Shown: positions 50,945 to 63,014 of the stretch, piece by piece
How positions within the stretch are numbered: position 1 is the stretch's first letter
Layout of the letters: every line of letters starts with the position of its first letter
DNA from: Mustelus asterias
Lineage: Eukaryota
Reading direction: 5' to 3'
Length of the DNA stretch: 64,000 nt
Assembly: GCF_964213995.1 (NCBI RefSeq)
Contig: NC_135818.1
Location: 68,262,001 to 68,326,000 of the forward strand
Made by a program: the position numbers and the translations under genes
The notes under the pieces: model-generated
Told to the model about the DNA's origin: nothing
The model's input: only the letters and a program-made list of their open reading frames with translations
Databases searched by the model: none

Positions 50945-51780
50945 TCATAACTAGGAATAGTAGGCAATTTAGCACCTTGAGTGTGTTCCTCCACTTAGTA
51001 TGATCATGGCTGATCTAATTCAGCTTCAGCTCCAATGTCCTGTTTGTTCACCATAACCCTTCAAACCCTAACTAATTAAAAATCTGTCCACCTCTTAAGC
51101 GGTTATTGGATAGGCACATGGAGCACACCAGGATGGTAGGGAGTGGGATAGCTTGATCTTGGTTTCAGATGAAGGTCGGCACAACATCGTGGGCCGAAGG
51201 GCCTGTTCTGTGCTGTACTGTTCTATGTTCTCTTCCTTAAATTTACTCAATGTCTCAGCATCCACCACCCTCTGGGGTAATGAATTCCACAGACTCACCA
51301 CCCTTTGAGAGAAGTAATTTCTCCTCATCTCTTGCTTTAAATCTGCCATCCTTTATCCTAAAACTATGGCCTCTTATTCTAGATTCACTTACAAACGCAA
51401 ACATCCTCGCCACATCTATTTTAACAATCCCCCTTATGATCTTGTACACCTCAATCAGATCTCCTCTCATTCTTCCAAACTCCAGGGAGTGTAGGTCTAA
51501 ACTGCTCAATCTCTCTTCACAAAACAAACCCCTCATCTCTGGAATCAATCTAATGAACCTCCTCTGAACCACCTCCAATGCAACTACATCTCTCCTCAAG
51601 TAAGGGGACCAAAACTGTACACAATATTCCAAGTGCATCTCACTAATGCTTTGTACAGTAGCAGCTACACTTCACTACTTTTGTATTCCATTCTTTCTGC
51701 AATTCATACATGAGGACACCCAGATCCCTCTGCACTGAAGCACTCGGAGGTTTCTCTCCGTTTGGATAATAATTTGCCTT
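50945..51780 (-). mobile_element. CR1 LINE with a nested younger plus-strand CR1 3' end (about 51095-51232)
   Basis: HLEYCVQFWSPYLRRD; the insert is nearly identical to the 3' end of the 53109-54042 element. Confidence 0.9.
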
Positions 51781-52479
51781 TATATCTTTCTTAACAAAAA
51801 GCAACAACCACTATAAACTAGTAACTATGACATTTTACATGGAATCAAGTCAAAGTGTTATCTCCAAATGAAATAGTTATATAGAGTAGTTGTAATTCAT
51901 CCTCCATTTTACATTATCTTATTTTTGCATTTTGATTAAAATTCCAATGTCCACATCTGTATGGGAAACTATACATGCAAGTTTGTCACTGTAATCACAC
52001 AGTACTTTACTGTAACGAGCATCAATCCTAACTATTCGAAAGTCTATCAAAAAGACAACTGAACTTCCACACTTTAGTACATCAATAATCAACTTCATGA
52101 AGTAACACTTTCCTAATAGCAGCAAATTTACCAAGTATTATAGTACAATCACAACAAGACAATTGTGCTTCGATATGGCACAGTAGCACTTTTCCGGCTA
52201 AACGTCCAACTTTTCCACGCTCAAATGGTGTCCCGTACGTCGCGTTTGCGAGTCACACAAAATGCAGTAATTAAAGCTGCACTGGACAAAAGCGGCATGC
52301 TCCAGAAAAATCCTAGGTGTGTTGGACCAGAAAGGGGAAGTCAGAGACTGTTTTAACCCTGATTTACTCAACCCTTCGACGAACTGAAAAGATCAATTCG
52401 GGAGGATTTACGAACATCACCGGCTAACTTTGAGCACTCCTCTGCTGTCTGGTAGAATGTTTGGGGGGGGGGGGGGGGA

Positions 52480-53040
52480 CGGGGGACGTCTGCAGCTTTC
52501 TCTTCAGATGTGGGGGCGGGGGACATTAATCGCACCTCGACCGCCAGAGCTGCGACATACCCCCGTGGGCAAACTGAATTCAATGTGATTATTGTGCCGG
52601 AGCTGAGCTATGGGCGGGGTGGTGGGGGAGAGGAAATGCAGCTGCCAGGGCTGCGAACCCTGTGGCGCTGGCGGCCAACGGGCTGTGTGTGAAGTACCCC
52701 GCCCCGGAAGGTGAAGGAAAGGGGAAAGGAAGGTTTGAAGCAACTCGACATCAGTCGGCACGGGGCCTCTCTCCCGCCGCCACGGCCATTTTAAACCGCA
52801 GTCGCCGCTTCCACCTACTTTCTCGTGAAATATCGCCTCCATGATGGATACTGGACCATCATCCTGTGCGCCGTGACCCCCACCGCCGCCGGGGGTCAAA
52901 GCCGCGAACCAATCACCGGCCGGGACGCTACACGCATGCGGGCGCCGTGCCGGCGACGTAAACAGTCGGAGCAGCGGGCGGTTGCTCCCTGAGGGACACC
53001 GAGTGCCGTCAGAGCGGGAGGGCTGCCCCTCTCTGTGTGG
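52480..53040 (-). promoter_or_regulatory. CpG island promoter of ATXN3
   Basis: GC/CpG-rich around exon 1; CCAAT box at about 52909, NRF1-like CGCATGCG at 52933-52940, YY1-like GCCATTTT at 52785-52792, ETS CCGGAAG at about 52704. Confidence 0.85.
52819..52842 (-). CDS. ATXN3: Ataxin-3 exon 1 (MEAIFHEK)
   Basis: ATG GAG GCG ATA TTT CAC GAG AAA then donor GTAGGT, inside a CpG island; matches vertebrate MESIFHEK. Confidence 0.96.
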
Positions 53041-53108
53041 AGACTTATTTACCGTTAACGTTTATGTATGTGTCACAAGTAGGCTTACATTAACACTGCA
53101 ATGAAGTT

Positions 53109-54042
53109 AGAACATAGTACAGCACAGAACAGGTCCTTCGGCCCACGATGTTGTGCTGAGCTTTATCTGAAACCAAGATCAAGCTATCCCACTCCCTATC
53201 ATCCTGGTGTGCTCCATGTGCCTATCCAATAACCACTTAAATGTTCCTAAAGTGTCTGACTCCACTATCACTGCAGGCAGTCCATTCCACACCCCAACCA
53301 CTCTCTGCGTAAAGAACCTACCTCTGATATCCTTCCTATATCTCCCACCATGAACCCTATAGTTATGCCCCCTTGTAATAGCTCCATCCACCCGAGGAAA
53401 TAGTCTTTGAACGTTCACTCTATCTATCCCCTTCATCATTTTATAAACGTCTATTAAGTCTCCCCTCAGCCTCCTCCGCTCCAGAGAGAACAGCCCTAGC
53501 TCCCTCAACCTTTCCTCATAAGACCTACCCTCCAAACCAGACAGCATCCTGGTAAATCTCCTCTGCACTCTTTCCAGCGCTTCCACATCCTTCTTATAGT
53601 GAGGTGACCAGAACTGCACACAATATTCCAAATGTGGTCTCACCAAGGTCCTGTACAGTTGCAGCATAACCCCACGGCTCTTAAACTCCAACCCCCTGTT
53701 AATAAAAGCTAACACACTATAGGCCTTCTTCACAGCTCTATCCACTTGAGTGGCAACCTTTAGAGATCTGTGGTTATGGACCCCAAGATCTCTCTGTTCC
53801 TCCACAGCCTTCAGAACCCTACCTTGACCCTGTAATCCACATTTAAATTAGTCCTACCAAAATGAATCACCTCACATTTATCAGGGTTAAACTCCATTTG
53901 CCATTTTTCAGCCCAGCTTTGCATCCTATCTATGTCTCTTTGCAGCCTACAACAGCCCTCCACCTCATCCACTAATCTTGGTGTCAACAGCAAATTTACT
54001 GATATACCCTTCAGCCCCCTCCTCTAAGTCATTAATAAAAAT
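53109..54042 (-). mobile_element. Young CR1/HER1 LINE, 5'-truncated, inserted into a SINE
   Basis: 208-aa open C-terminal ORF; SINE halves at 53071-53108 and 54043-54200. Confidence 0.95.
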
Positions 54043-56144
54043 GTTACTGTGAAAATCCCCTCGTGGCCACACTCCGGCCCCTGTTCGGGTACACTGAGGG
54101 GGAGAATTTAGCATAGCCCACCCAATTGCACCTAACCCAGCACATCTTTCAGATGGTGGGAGGACGGACACCAGCGCACCCGGAGGAAACCCACACAGAA
54201 ATGGGTGCCTTGGTCTTTGCTAATTAGCCACCTCCGTGTCTGCGGATCCTATTCAGGATGGCGGGCGGGTTCCTGAGCTTGTGGCCCCCACAGTAATATC
54301 CTGCTTGGTGCCCCACCCCACCACAGGAGGTAGACACTGCTCAGGCACCCAGAGGAAACCTACACAAACACTGGGAGAGAACGTACAGACTCAGCATACA
54401 CAGGACTGGCCCAAGCTGGGAATCGAATCCGTGTCACTGGTGTTGTGAGGCAGCAGTGCTAACCACTTTGCAACTGTGCCACCCTATTTGTGGGGCTCTG
54501 GAATTTCCTCAATCCTGTTAACATTGTCACCACAATGCCAATTGTACATTGACTATTCTTTCCACCCCCCAACTCCCCCAGTTCTTTTGCCCAGGCAGGA
54601 ATGTTCACAAATCCTCCACTTGCAAGCACGGATTTTTCTTTCATTCACGGAATGCTGGTATTCCAACATTTATTGCCCACTCTAATTGCCCCTTGAGAAG
54701 GTGGTGGTGACCATAAGAGGTGGTGGTTGGGAGAAATCAGATGGCTGAGAGTGATGAAGGAAGGGGTAGAAATAGGAAGATAAGAGAATTGGAGGGATAA
54801 GATGAGAAGAGATGGGGTAGAAGTATAGCCACATTCAGGAGCAGAAATAGGCTATGCAGCCCATCGAGTGTGCTTCGCCATTCAATGAGATCATGACCGG
54901 TGGGTTGCCTTCTTGAATTGCTAGTTCCTGTGGTGCAAATGCACCCACAATGCTGTTATAGGAAGAGAATTCCCAGATTTTGACCCCAAAGCAAAAGTCT
55001 GCAGACGTTGCTTGCAAATCTGCAAAAAGAATATGCTGGACATACTCACAGCTCAGGCATTATAGATTAGCAAATAGGAGACATGAGTAGAGATAATAGT
55101 AATGTCTCATTGTTAGAATGTGGCTATAATTCTACCCCATTTCTTATCTTGCCCCTCCATTTATTTTCCATTTCTACCCCCCTCCATTCCATCACTGTCA
55201 ACCATCTGATCACTCCCAACTGCTGCTCCTCCCACCCCGCATCTTCCCAATTAAGGGATCTGCTGGGACCTCATCTTTTCAAAAGGGGGCATAAATATTA
55301 TAGCTATTAGATAGGCAAATCACTTAGGAGGACTTTGTATACAGCTGTCAAATGGAGTGATGGAATCAGATAATACTGATACTGTCAAGGGGAGGCTTTA
55401 TGCATGAACAATGGAGTGGAGGCTATAGGGGCACAGTGGCAAGATAATTAGAGTGGGAAAAGGCTGGTCTGGAATAGTGGAAGCGGGGGGGGGGGGGGGG
55501 GCGGAATTAGATGGATTAGAAGATATCTTGAATCAGTTTCCTACTTCTGATGAATGAGACTTCTAGGTTTTGGCAGCTGCCATCAGAGCATCCATTTAGC
55601 TGATACAAGTTGAAGGCAAGTCCAAGTGCCTGATTCTGTTGATTTGCAGGACAGCAACACTTGCCAGGACTTCTGCCTTCACCCTCAGGCCACTGTCGCA
55701 GGTGAAACAAAGTTACAATGTTGCAAACCTGCCTCCCACCCATCCCAGATACAGCTAGTATTTACAAGCCAGGAACCCAGAGTATGCCCTACTTAAGTTT
55801 ATTCCACTTTATTGGTGATGAAGACACTGTCAGACACAGCAATAGAATATTAGAAAGGCACATCTCAGCACCAAGTGGGATGCACATGTCTTGAAAGAGT
55901 TAGGTAACTGGCTAATTGCATCTGACTATTTATAATTTCCAACTCAACTGCATTGTTTCTAACTGGATTTCTTAAGGAGGCCTATTTGTGTTTAGCCATT
56001 TCTGTATCAAGGTTCAGTGTACACTACTACAATTCTATGAAGCGTTTTTGTATAAATCCATGTACTACCATTACTCATTTAACATGTTACATATTTAAAT
56101 TTAAAAGTTGAAAGCAAAGATTCAAAGTTAAATACAATGTAAGG

Positions 56145-56150
56145 TTTATT
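56145..56150 (-). terminator. Candidate NDUFB1 polyadenylation signal AATAAA
   Basis: AATAAA about 320 nt downstream of the stop codon. Confidence 0.4.
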
Positions 56151-56468
56151 AAGTCTGACATACAATTTGTGTACATCCAAGTTAATGCAAATACAATGAA
56201 CTATTTGCCATGCCTTTTAAATTGTGTGTTCCAATGATACAAAGAGGGAACTCTTGGCAAATTTTAGGACTTTAAACCAATTATTTGTTGCATGAAGATA
56301 AGCAGATTTTGTGATGGATCAACATTTAATAGAACAAAATGGCATTATTTAAATAAACTTTCACTGGATCCCTCATTGAAAACTCAAAATCAAAACTAAA
56401 ACTGACATTGGACTTTTTTTTGAAGTGCAAAAACAATTCCTTGTTTTCTCAGCATGGCTTTCAGCTCT

Positions 56469-56505
56469 TCACTTCCATGTCGCTTCTTCACCTGGTTTCA
56501 ATTCT
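56469..56505 (-). CDS. NDUFB1: NDUFB1 last coding exon (RELKPGEEATWK-stop)
   Basis: TTTAG acceptor, phase-compatible, TGA stop; total protein 57 aa. Confidence 0.96.
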
Positions 56506-57171
56506 CTAAACAGATGAGGTAATTAATTAAAATATAAAACAGTTTGACCAGCTAAATAATATTACATTTTAGTATCACACAATTCACTTTCTAACCCCTC
56601 TCCTTTGTTCTTTCTCCACTGTCCTACATTTCTTCCATTTTTAAGTATATATGCCCTTTGAAAGCTACTATTAAATCTGTTTCCACCATCCTTTCAGGCA
56701 ATGCATTCCAGATCATGACCGTTAAAAAAAAATTCTTATTACCCTCCTGTCCTTTTCACCAATTATCTTAAATTTGTGTCTTCTAGTATTGACCATCCCT
56801 ATAGCCTTGCTTGCTTCAAGAAGATCAATCTCAGTTTCTCCATTCTTTTTCATATCACTAAATATTCTTATCCATGGAACCATTCAGGTACATTTTCTCT
56901 GTACCCCCTCTCCAATATCTTCCTAAAGAGTCTTTGTCAAGCTTAGTGCCCAGAATTGGACAAAATACTTTACTTAAAGTCTAAACAATTGGCCCATCTT
57001 TCCTTCAAGCGCACATTATTATATGCAAGAGCATGTTAAGCCAACCATAAACAATGAGAGTGTAGATAAATAACGCGGTGCTGAAAAAATTTCCATGTTT
57101 AGAGTAATGAAGTGTACTTTACTTATTTTGTTGAACTTTTCAATCATTCAATGAATAAATTAATTAATAAA

Positions 57172-57470
57172 GCTCCAGGGACCTGGGTTCGATTCCCGGC
57201 TTGGGTCACTGTCTGTGTGGAGTTTGCACATTCTCCTCGTGTCTGTGTGGGTTTCCTCCGTGTGCTCCGGTTTCCTCCCACAGTCCAAAGATGTGCGGGT
57301 TAGGTTGATTGGCCATGATAAAAATTGCCCCTTCGAGTCCTGAGATGCGTAGGTTAGAGGGATTAGCGGGTAAATATGTGGGATTATGGGGGTAGGGCTT
57401 GGGTGGGATTGTGGTCGGTGCAGACTCGATGGGCCAAATGGCCTCCTTCTGCACTGTAGGGTTTCTATGA
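57172..57470 (+). mobile_element. HE1-type V-SINE in an NDUFB1 intron
   Basis: Family match. Confidence 0.9.
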
Positions 57471-57575
57471 ATGATATTCATTGATGCAGTTGTGCATTAA
57501 AATAATAAATTATCAGGCTTTTGCAGCCACACAAATTAGTCTGTAAAAAAGGCAATATGGAAATCTCATACTCAC

Positions 57576-57712
57576 CGTTTATACAATAAACTTTTGTTTC
57601 TGAATGCAGTAAGTTTGCTATCATTTCTTTTATCAAGATAATATCCCAGTACAAAACCCAGAGGGACAAGGATATTGGGCCAATGATCGCGTACAATGCC
57701 AACCAGATTCAT
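57576..57712 (-). CDS. NDUFB1: NADH:ubiquinone oxidoreductase subunit B1, first coding exon ([45 protein letters not shown])
   Basis: Clear match to the MNLL subunit. CAG acceptor 4 nt before the ATG (exon starts at 57716) and CG|GTGAGT donor. Confidence 0.97.
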
Positions 57713-58255
57713 TGTGCTGAGAGGGAGAAAGAAAAAACAAACAAAAAAAGCTGTTTAATGCACAAATTCCCAATGAAAAGGTGCTGTATTCCTATCTATA
57801 TAGGCATAGTTACTCATTACTTTGGCCATTTGAAGGTTTTGAAAATTTGGTTTCAAAATTATATCTATGATTTTTTACTCCAAGTAAAGAGATGTGAAAA
57901 GAGTCCTCGCTGTGCATTGGTTTGTTAGTTACAAGAACCTGCATGAAGGTGGTACCCTTTCACTTCATTCACAATTAATGCAGAAAATGACTGAACAAAG
58001 ATGGCAATCTGAATTAAAACAATGCATTTAAGTAAATCACATCACTAGAACTGGATTATTTCTTTACTGTTTTGCAGTTTGTAACTCATTATTACTATAA
58101 TTTCACATCACTATAATTTCTGTCAAAAATATCTCAAAAGTGTCAAACACAAATTGATGACCTCGAAAGGCAGTGACTTTGGTGGGCAACTGTGGAAATC
58201 ATTTTCCCTTTAGAAATAATTCACCTATACCAGTGAGATGAATGGCTAATTATAG

Positions 58256-58578
58256 GGGCAGCACGGTGGCAGAATGGTTAGCACTGCTGCCTCACGACAG
58301 GTTCGATTCCCAGCTTGGGTCACTCAAGCTGGGAGTTTGTGTGGAGTTTGCACATTCTCCCCATGTCTGCATGCATTCCCTCCGGGTACTCCAGTTTCAT
58401 CCCACAGTCCAAAGATGTTCAGGTTAGGTGGATTGGCCATGCTACGTTGCCCCTTAGTGTCAGAGTGAGTGGCTAGGGGAAATGCATGGGGCTATGGGAA
58501 TGGGGCCTGGGTGGGATTGTGGTTGGTGCAGACTCAATGGGCCGAATGGCCTCCTGCACTTTAGGATTCTATGATTCT
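58256..58578 (+). mobile_element. HE1-type V-SINE
   Basis: Family match. Confidence 0.9.
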
Positions 58579-60124
58579 TAAGCTGTCCTTTGGTGGGGAC
58601 CAGTTACAAAAGGAATTTTAGAAGAACTTCTTGGTTTTCTCATCTGAAGATTTTTAATGGGTACTACACACCTCTTGCCACATTGTAAACTCAAACATTA
58701 ATCTTTAGGAACTTTGGCTACTTGGTGTGGTTTGGCAGTTATATATTTCAACTGGATAGGCTGATGTTGCTGGCAATATTACAATTGCATAATTAACGCA
58801 TATTCGTTTGCACTTGTATTATCTGCGCAACTAATCACACATTAGATGGCCAATATAGTATAAAATAACAGAAAATGAATTACGAGTTAAGTAACTTCAA
58901 CAGTAAAATATTAGCATTGTGATAGCTTAGCCATTGCGCTAAATATTTAGCTTGTTCCAATAAATATGCTCCAATGTAAAAAGCTGATTTTCAAAATTAA
59001 AACAGGAATTAAATGCCACCATTTAAAAGTAAAACTCTTGAACAGAAGTCAAAGCTAAAAGGCCATTCAATTACAGCTCAAATTCACTACTAGGGATACA
59101 ATAGAATAACTGAAATACAGAATCCATAAGATCCTCAAGCCTAAGGTAATTAAAGAATCTGAAATGAGAAAATAATTTCAGGTAGTTTTGCAGTAGTCTC
59201 ATTGAAATATTTGTTTCTCCTTTGTTCGCTTTTCCTTCATTGTGCTGTGAGCTTCTGGTCTCATAAGTATGAATATAAAAAAAGGCCATATGGTCCACCA
59301 TACCAGGTCTTTTTACAAGAAATGAGATACAGATTATTTCAATAGTTTTAAGGGATTGAGCACAGGGAGACATACTGTAAGATTAAAGAGAATATATTTA
59401 AGTAAAGAACTTGCATTTATATGGATCCTTTCATAATCTGAGAAGACCACAAAGCATTTTACAGCTAATGAAGTCCTTAAATATAGTCACTGTTGCATTC
59501 TTGGCATTAAAGCAACCAATTAGTAATAATCAAGGGCCCAAGTAATGCACTGAGATATTGGTCAGGTAATCTTATTTTCACTGATGTTGGGTGAATAATA
59601 AATATTGGCTAGACAATAAGAGGGCACGGGACATTTCTTCACAAAAATTACTAAAATGTGGAATTTATTTTCAAGGTTAGCAGTTGAGGCAGAAACTGTG
59701 CCAACATTCAAAATTCAACAATAATGGAAAAGGCCTATCACACACAGAGATAAACATTGATTATTAGGTTGATGTGTTTGCAAAGGGGGCAGAATTTTAA
59801 TTCCTATCCATTATCACCTTTACACAGAAATCACTGGTTAAGGGATATACTTCATAGTGGAGAGATGTAGACAGTTGAGGCTATCAAAGGATCCCATTAT
59901 TTTTATTGAAGAACAGCAGTACCAATTTGGTCCAATAATTTTTAAAGACTGATAGGAGGCACCCCCTTTTTGGTCTTCTACGTCCAAATATTAATGATTT
60001 GTTGTATATTTCCTCTAATGTTCCTCTTGAAATATATCAGTTCCCATTTCTCCACATTAAACTCATCCAATATTTATCTGCCTAATCCTTGAGCTTGTGT
60101 GCTATCACTCATATTCCTCCTCAT

Positions 60125-60690
60125 ATCACAGAATTGTTACCTCACAAAAGGAGTCTGCACCAACTCTCCAAATGAGCATTATGGCTTGGTGCCACTCCCT
60201 GCTTTTTACCCATACCCTGCACATGATACTTGAATAGAAACAATCTAATGCCGTCTTGAATGCCTTAATTGAACCTGCTTCCACCACACTTCCAGGCAGT
60301 GCATTCCAGGCCCAAACCACTGGTTGCGCTTTTTCTCACATCACATTTGATTCTTTTGAAAATCACTTTAAATCTGTGTCCTCTTGTTCTTGAACCTTTT
60401 ACGAGCAGGAACAGTTTCTCAAGATCTACGCTGTGCAGCCACCTCATGATTTTGAACATCTTTATCAAATCTCCTCTTAGCATCCTTCTCTCCAAGGAGA
60501 ACAACCTCTCCAATCTATCCTCAGAACTGAAGATTTTCATCCATGGAACCATTCTTGTGAACCTCTTCTACCCTCTCTCCAATGCATTCACATCCTTCCC
60601 ACAGTGTGGTGCCCAGAACTGTACACAATATTCCAACTAAGGTCTAATTAGCAGAGTTCAGCATAACCTTCATAACCTCCTCTATGTTCT
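60125..60690 (-). mobile_element. CR1 LINE 3' fragment
   Basis: FSLERRMLRGDLIKMFKIM..GSRTRGHRFKV. Confidence 0.88.
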
Positions 60691-60819
60691 TCATTTATGC
60701 GTTGACTGCACATTTTAAAATTCTCTGTTCATCATTAACCATTAAGTTGATCTTTCTGTACACCCTATCTATAACGGCAACACTATATTCTGCACCCTCT
60801 CCTTTCCCTACTTTTTTTA

Positions 60820-61295
60820 GTTTATGTATTAGTGTCAGAAGTATGCTTACATTAATACTGCAATGAAGTTAGTGAAAATCCCCTAGTTGCCACACTCTGG
60901 CACCTGTTTGGGTACACAGAGAGAACTAAGCATGTCCAATGCTGTAGGGATTCCTAACCAGCATGTCTTTCGGACTGTGGGAGGAAACCGGAGGAAATCC
61001 ATGCAGATACGGGGAGAACGTGCAACTTCGCACAGACAGAGACTCAGGCCGGGAATTGAACCCAGGTCCCTGGAGCTGTGAGGCAGCAGTACTAAACAGT
61101 GTGCCACCGTGCACTCTATAAACGGTATCATAGAATCCCTACAATGCAGAAGGAGACCATTCGGCCCATTGAGTCTGCACCAACAACAATCCCGTCCAGG
61201 TCCTATCCCTGTAACCCCACGTATTTACCCTGCTAATCCTCCTGACACCAAGGGCAATTTAGCATAGCCAATCAACCTAACCTGCATATCCTTTG
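60820..61295 (-). mobile_element. Two adjacent V-SINEs (alternative-tail copy and partial HE1)
   Basis: Family matches at 60820-61112 and 61128-61295. Confidence 0.85.
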
Positions 61296-61399
61296 GTATG
61301 CTTTGTCTGCAATACTTTTCACTGTATATTAGTACATGTGACAATAATAAATCAAATCAAAAATCATCCAAGGTGGCCCTGGTGCGCTTTGGGAAAGGT

Positions 61400-61950
61400 G
61401 TCTCCAAGGCACTGACCTTCGCTGGGTCTGGTTAGGCCGGGGAAGGTGTGACAAGGACACCGGATCCTGGCTTAAACCTGGAGCAGGGAGGTTCAGAGCC
61501 CGGGCGGGCCTCACTTAGCCGAGAAGGGCCCAGAGCAGCAAGGGCCTAAGCCCTGGCCCACAGTAAGCACTGACCTGTCTCTCACGGCCTGTGCCTCAGG
61601 CTCTCCTTCAGCAGCCGGGCGGGCGGGTCCACTCTCTCCCGGAGGGGGGCGGAGACAGATGGTGGAGTCCGGTTACCTCTGACCCGGTGACGCAGAGGGA
61701 AAGATGGCGGCCGCGGGAGCCGGTGAGGGGCTGGTGGTGTGAGGAGAGAGGGAGAGACCAGGCCGGCCCGCCGGGCTGCTGCTGCTGCCTCCGCCTCCAC
61801 TATTTGAACTCGGTATGTTTCAGAGTCTGAGTGAAAACTGTGTTTAGGAGCGGGATTTAAAAAGTTGGAATAGGCGGTGTTGGAGGTGGGGGAATTAGAC
61901 ACCCCCTCCAGGATCTACCCCGCTTCACTGCCGCCGTTCATTAATAACCC
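61400..61950. promoter_or_regulatory. CpG island, probable bidirectional promoter for NDUFB1 (minus) and CPSF2 (plus) with non-coding first exons
   Basis: CpG-rich with GC boxes, TGACGCA at 61688 and YY1-type AAGATGGCGG at 61701. Minus-strand donor candidates near 61574 and 61676, plus-strand candidates at 61723 and 61813. CPSF2 identity is inferred only from vertebrate synteny. Confidence 0.75.
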
Positions 61951-62065
61951 CTTTCCGAAAAGTTTCGAATGAATACACACCGGTTCAACAACAACACCCC
62001 CCCTCTAGTCTTCTTCACAATAAACCTCCCAGTCGCCATGTGATTTGCTTCTATGATTATCAGAA

Positions 62066-62384
62066 TAATCATGGAATCCCTACAGTGCAGAAGAAGGCCA
62101 TTTGGCCCATCCAGTCTGCACCAACTCGCAGGCAGAGTATCTTACCCAGGCCCTGTCCCTGTAACCCCACAACATTTACCATTATTAATTCATCTAAAGA
62201 GCGATTTTACCATGGCCAATCCACCTAATTTGCACATCTTTGGAGTGTGGGAGGAAACCGGAGCACCCGGAGGAAACCCACGCAGACACGGGGAGAATGT
62301 GCAAACTCCACATAGTCACCCGAGGCCAGAATTGAACCCGGTTCCCTGGCACTGAGGAAGCAGTGCTAAGCACTGTGTGCCACC
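62066..62384 (-). mobile_element. HE1-type V-SINE
   Basis: Family match. Confidence 0.9.
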
Positions 62385-62800
62385 CATTCATAAAAGTTTG
62401 TTATTCCTTTTTGTCATGATTAAAATGAAAACCTTTTCAGTAGAACACAAGAACACCCAGACCAAATTTGTATCATATTCTTGGAAAAAGCAACCAGTAT
62501 GGGGCAGGATTCCTAATAACTCACCACAAGAGTTGTTAACCGTTGTTAACCGTAGAATTCGAATTTGTCCCTCAAATTGATCTATGTGGTACAATGGGAC
62601 TTGGTATACAAACTGATTTAAAACTCCTAGCTGTTAGGAGGTTGGAGTGAAATAAAAAGTAAAGAATTGGATTAAAAAAAGAAACTGATAGGGATTTTGC
62701 CATAGTGAGCACTTGAGATGCGGATTAGCTTAGTAACAGGGTTAAACTGATGCTTGGTTAAGCAGAGTGGAGATGTGCAGTCTCGTAGTCTCAGGGAAGC

Positions 62801-63014
62801 CATGATGTGGAGATGCTGGTGTTGGACTGGACTGGACACAGTAAGAAGTCTCACGACACCAGGTTAAAATTCAGCAGGTTTATTTGGAATCACGAGCTTT
62901 CGGAGCAGTGCGCCGAAAGCTCATGATTCATCTGATGAAGGAGCAGCGCTCTGAAAGCTCATGATTCCAAATAAATCTGTTAGGCTTTAACCTGGTACTG
63001 TGAGACTCCTTACT
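62801..63014. mobile_element. Penelope-like element terminus arranged as an inverted repeat
   Basis: Same sequence family and architecture as 42338-42552. Confidence 0.7.
62928..62964 (+). ncRNA. Minimal type I hammerhead ribozyme motif (Penelope-associated)
   Basis: UCAU-CUGAUGA-A-GGAGC-AGC-GCUCU-GAAA-GCUC-AUGA; 4-bp stem I, core intact. Confidence 0.65.

Larger units (their letters stand above)
16197..52842 (-). other. ATXN3: Ataxin-3 gene span (11 coding exons, 1011 nt CDS, 336 aa; Josephin deubiquitinase with UIM1 and UIM2)
   Basis: Manually spliced exons of 24+165+45+86+67+88+139+170+133+74+20 nt keep one frame. Exons 1-6 have the sizes and phases I recall for vertebrate ATXN3. Catalytic C14/H119/N134 are present, and NDUFB1 lies upstream as in other vertebrates. 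Confidence 0.93.

Noticed and set aside
61765-61800. Short CTG/CAG run near the CpG island
   Set aside because: Only about four units and unrelated to the ATXN3 coding sequence.
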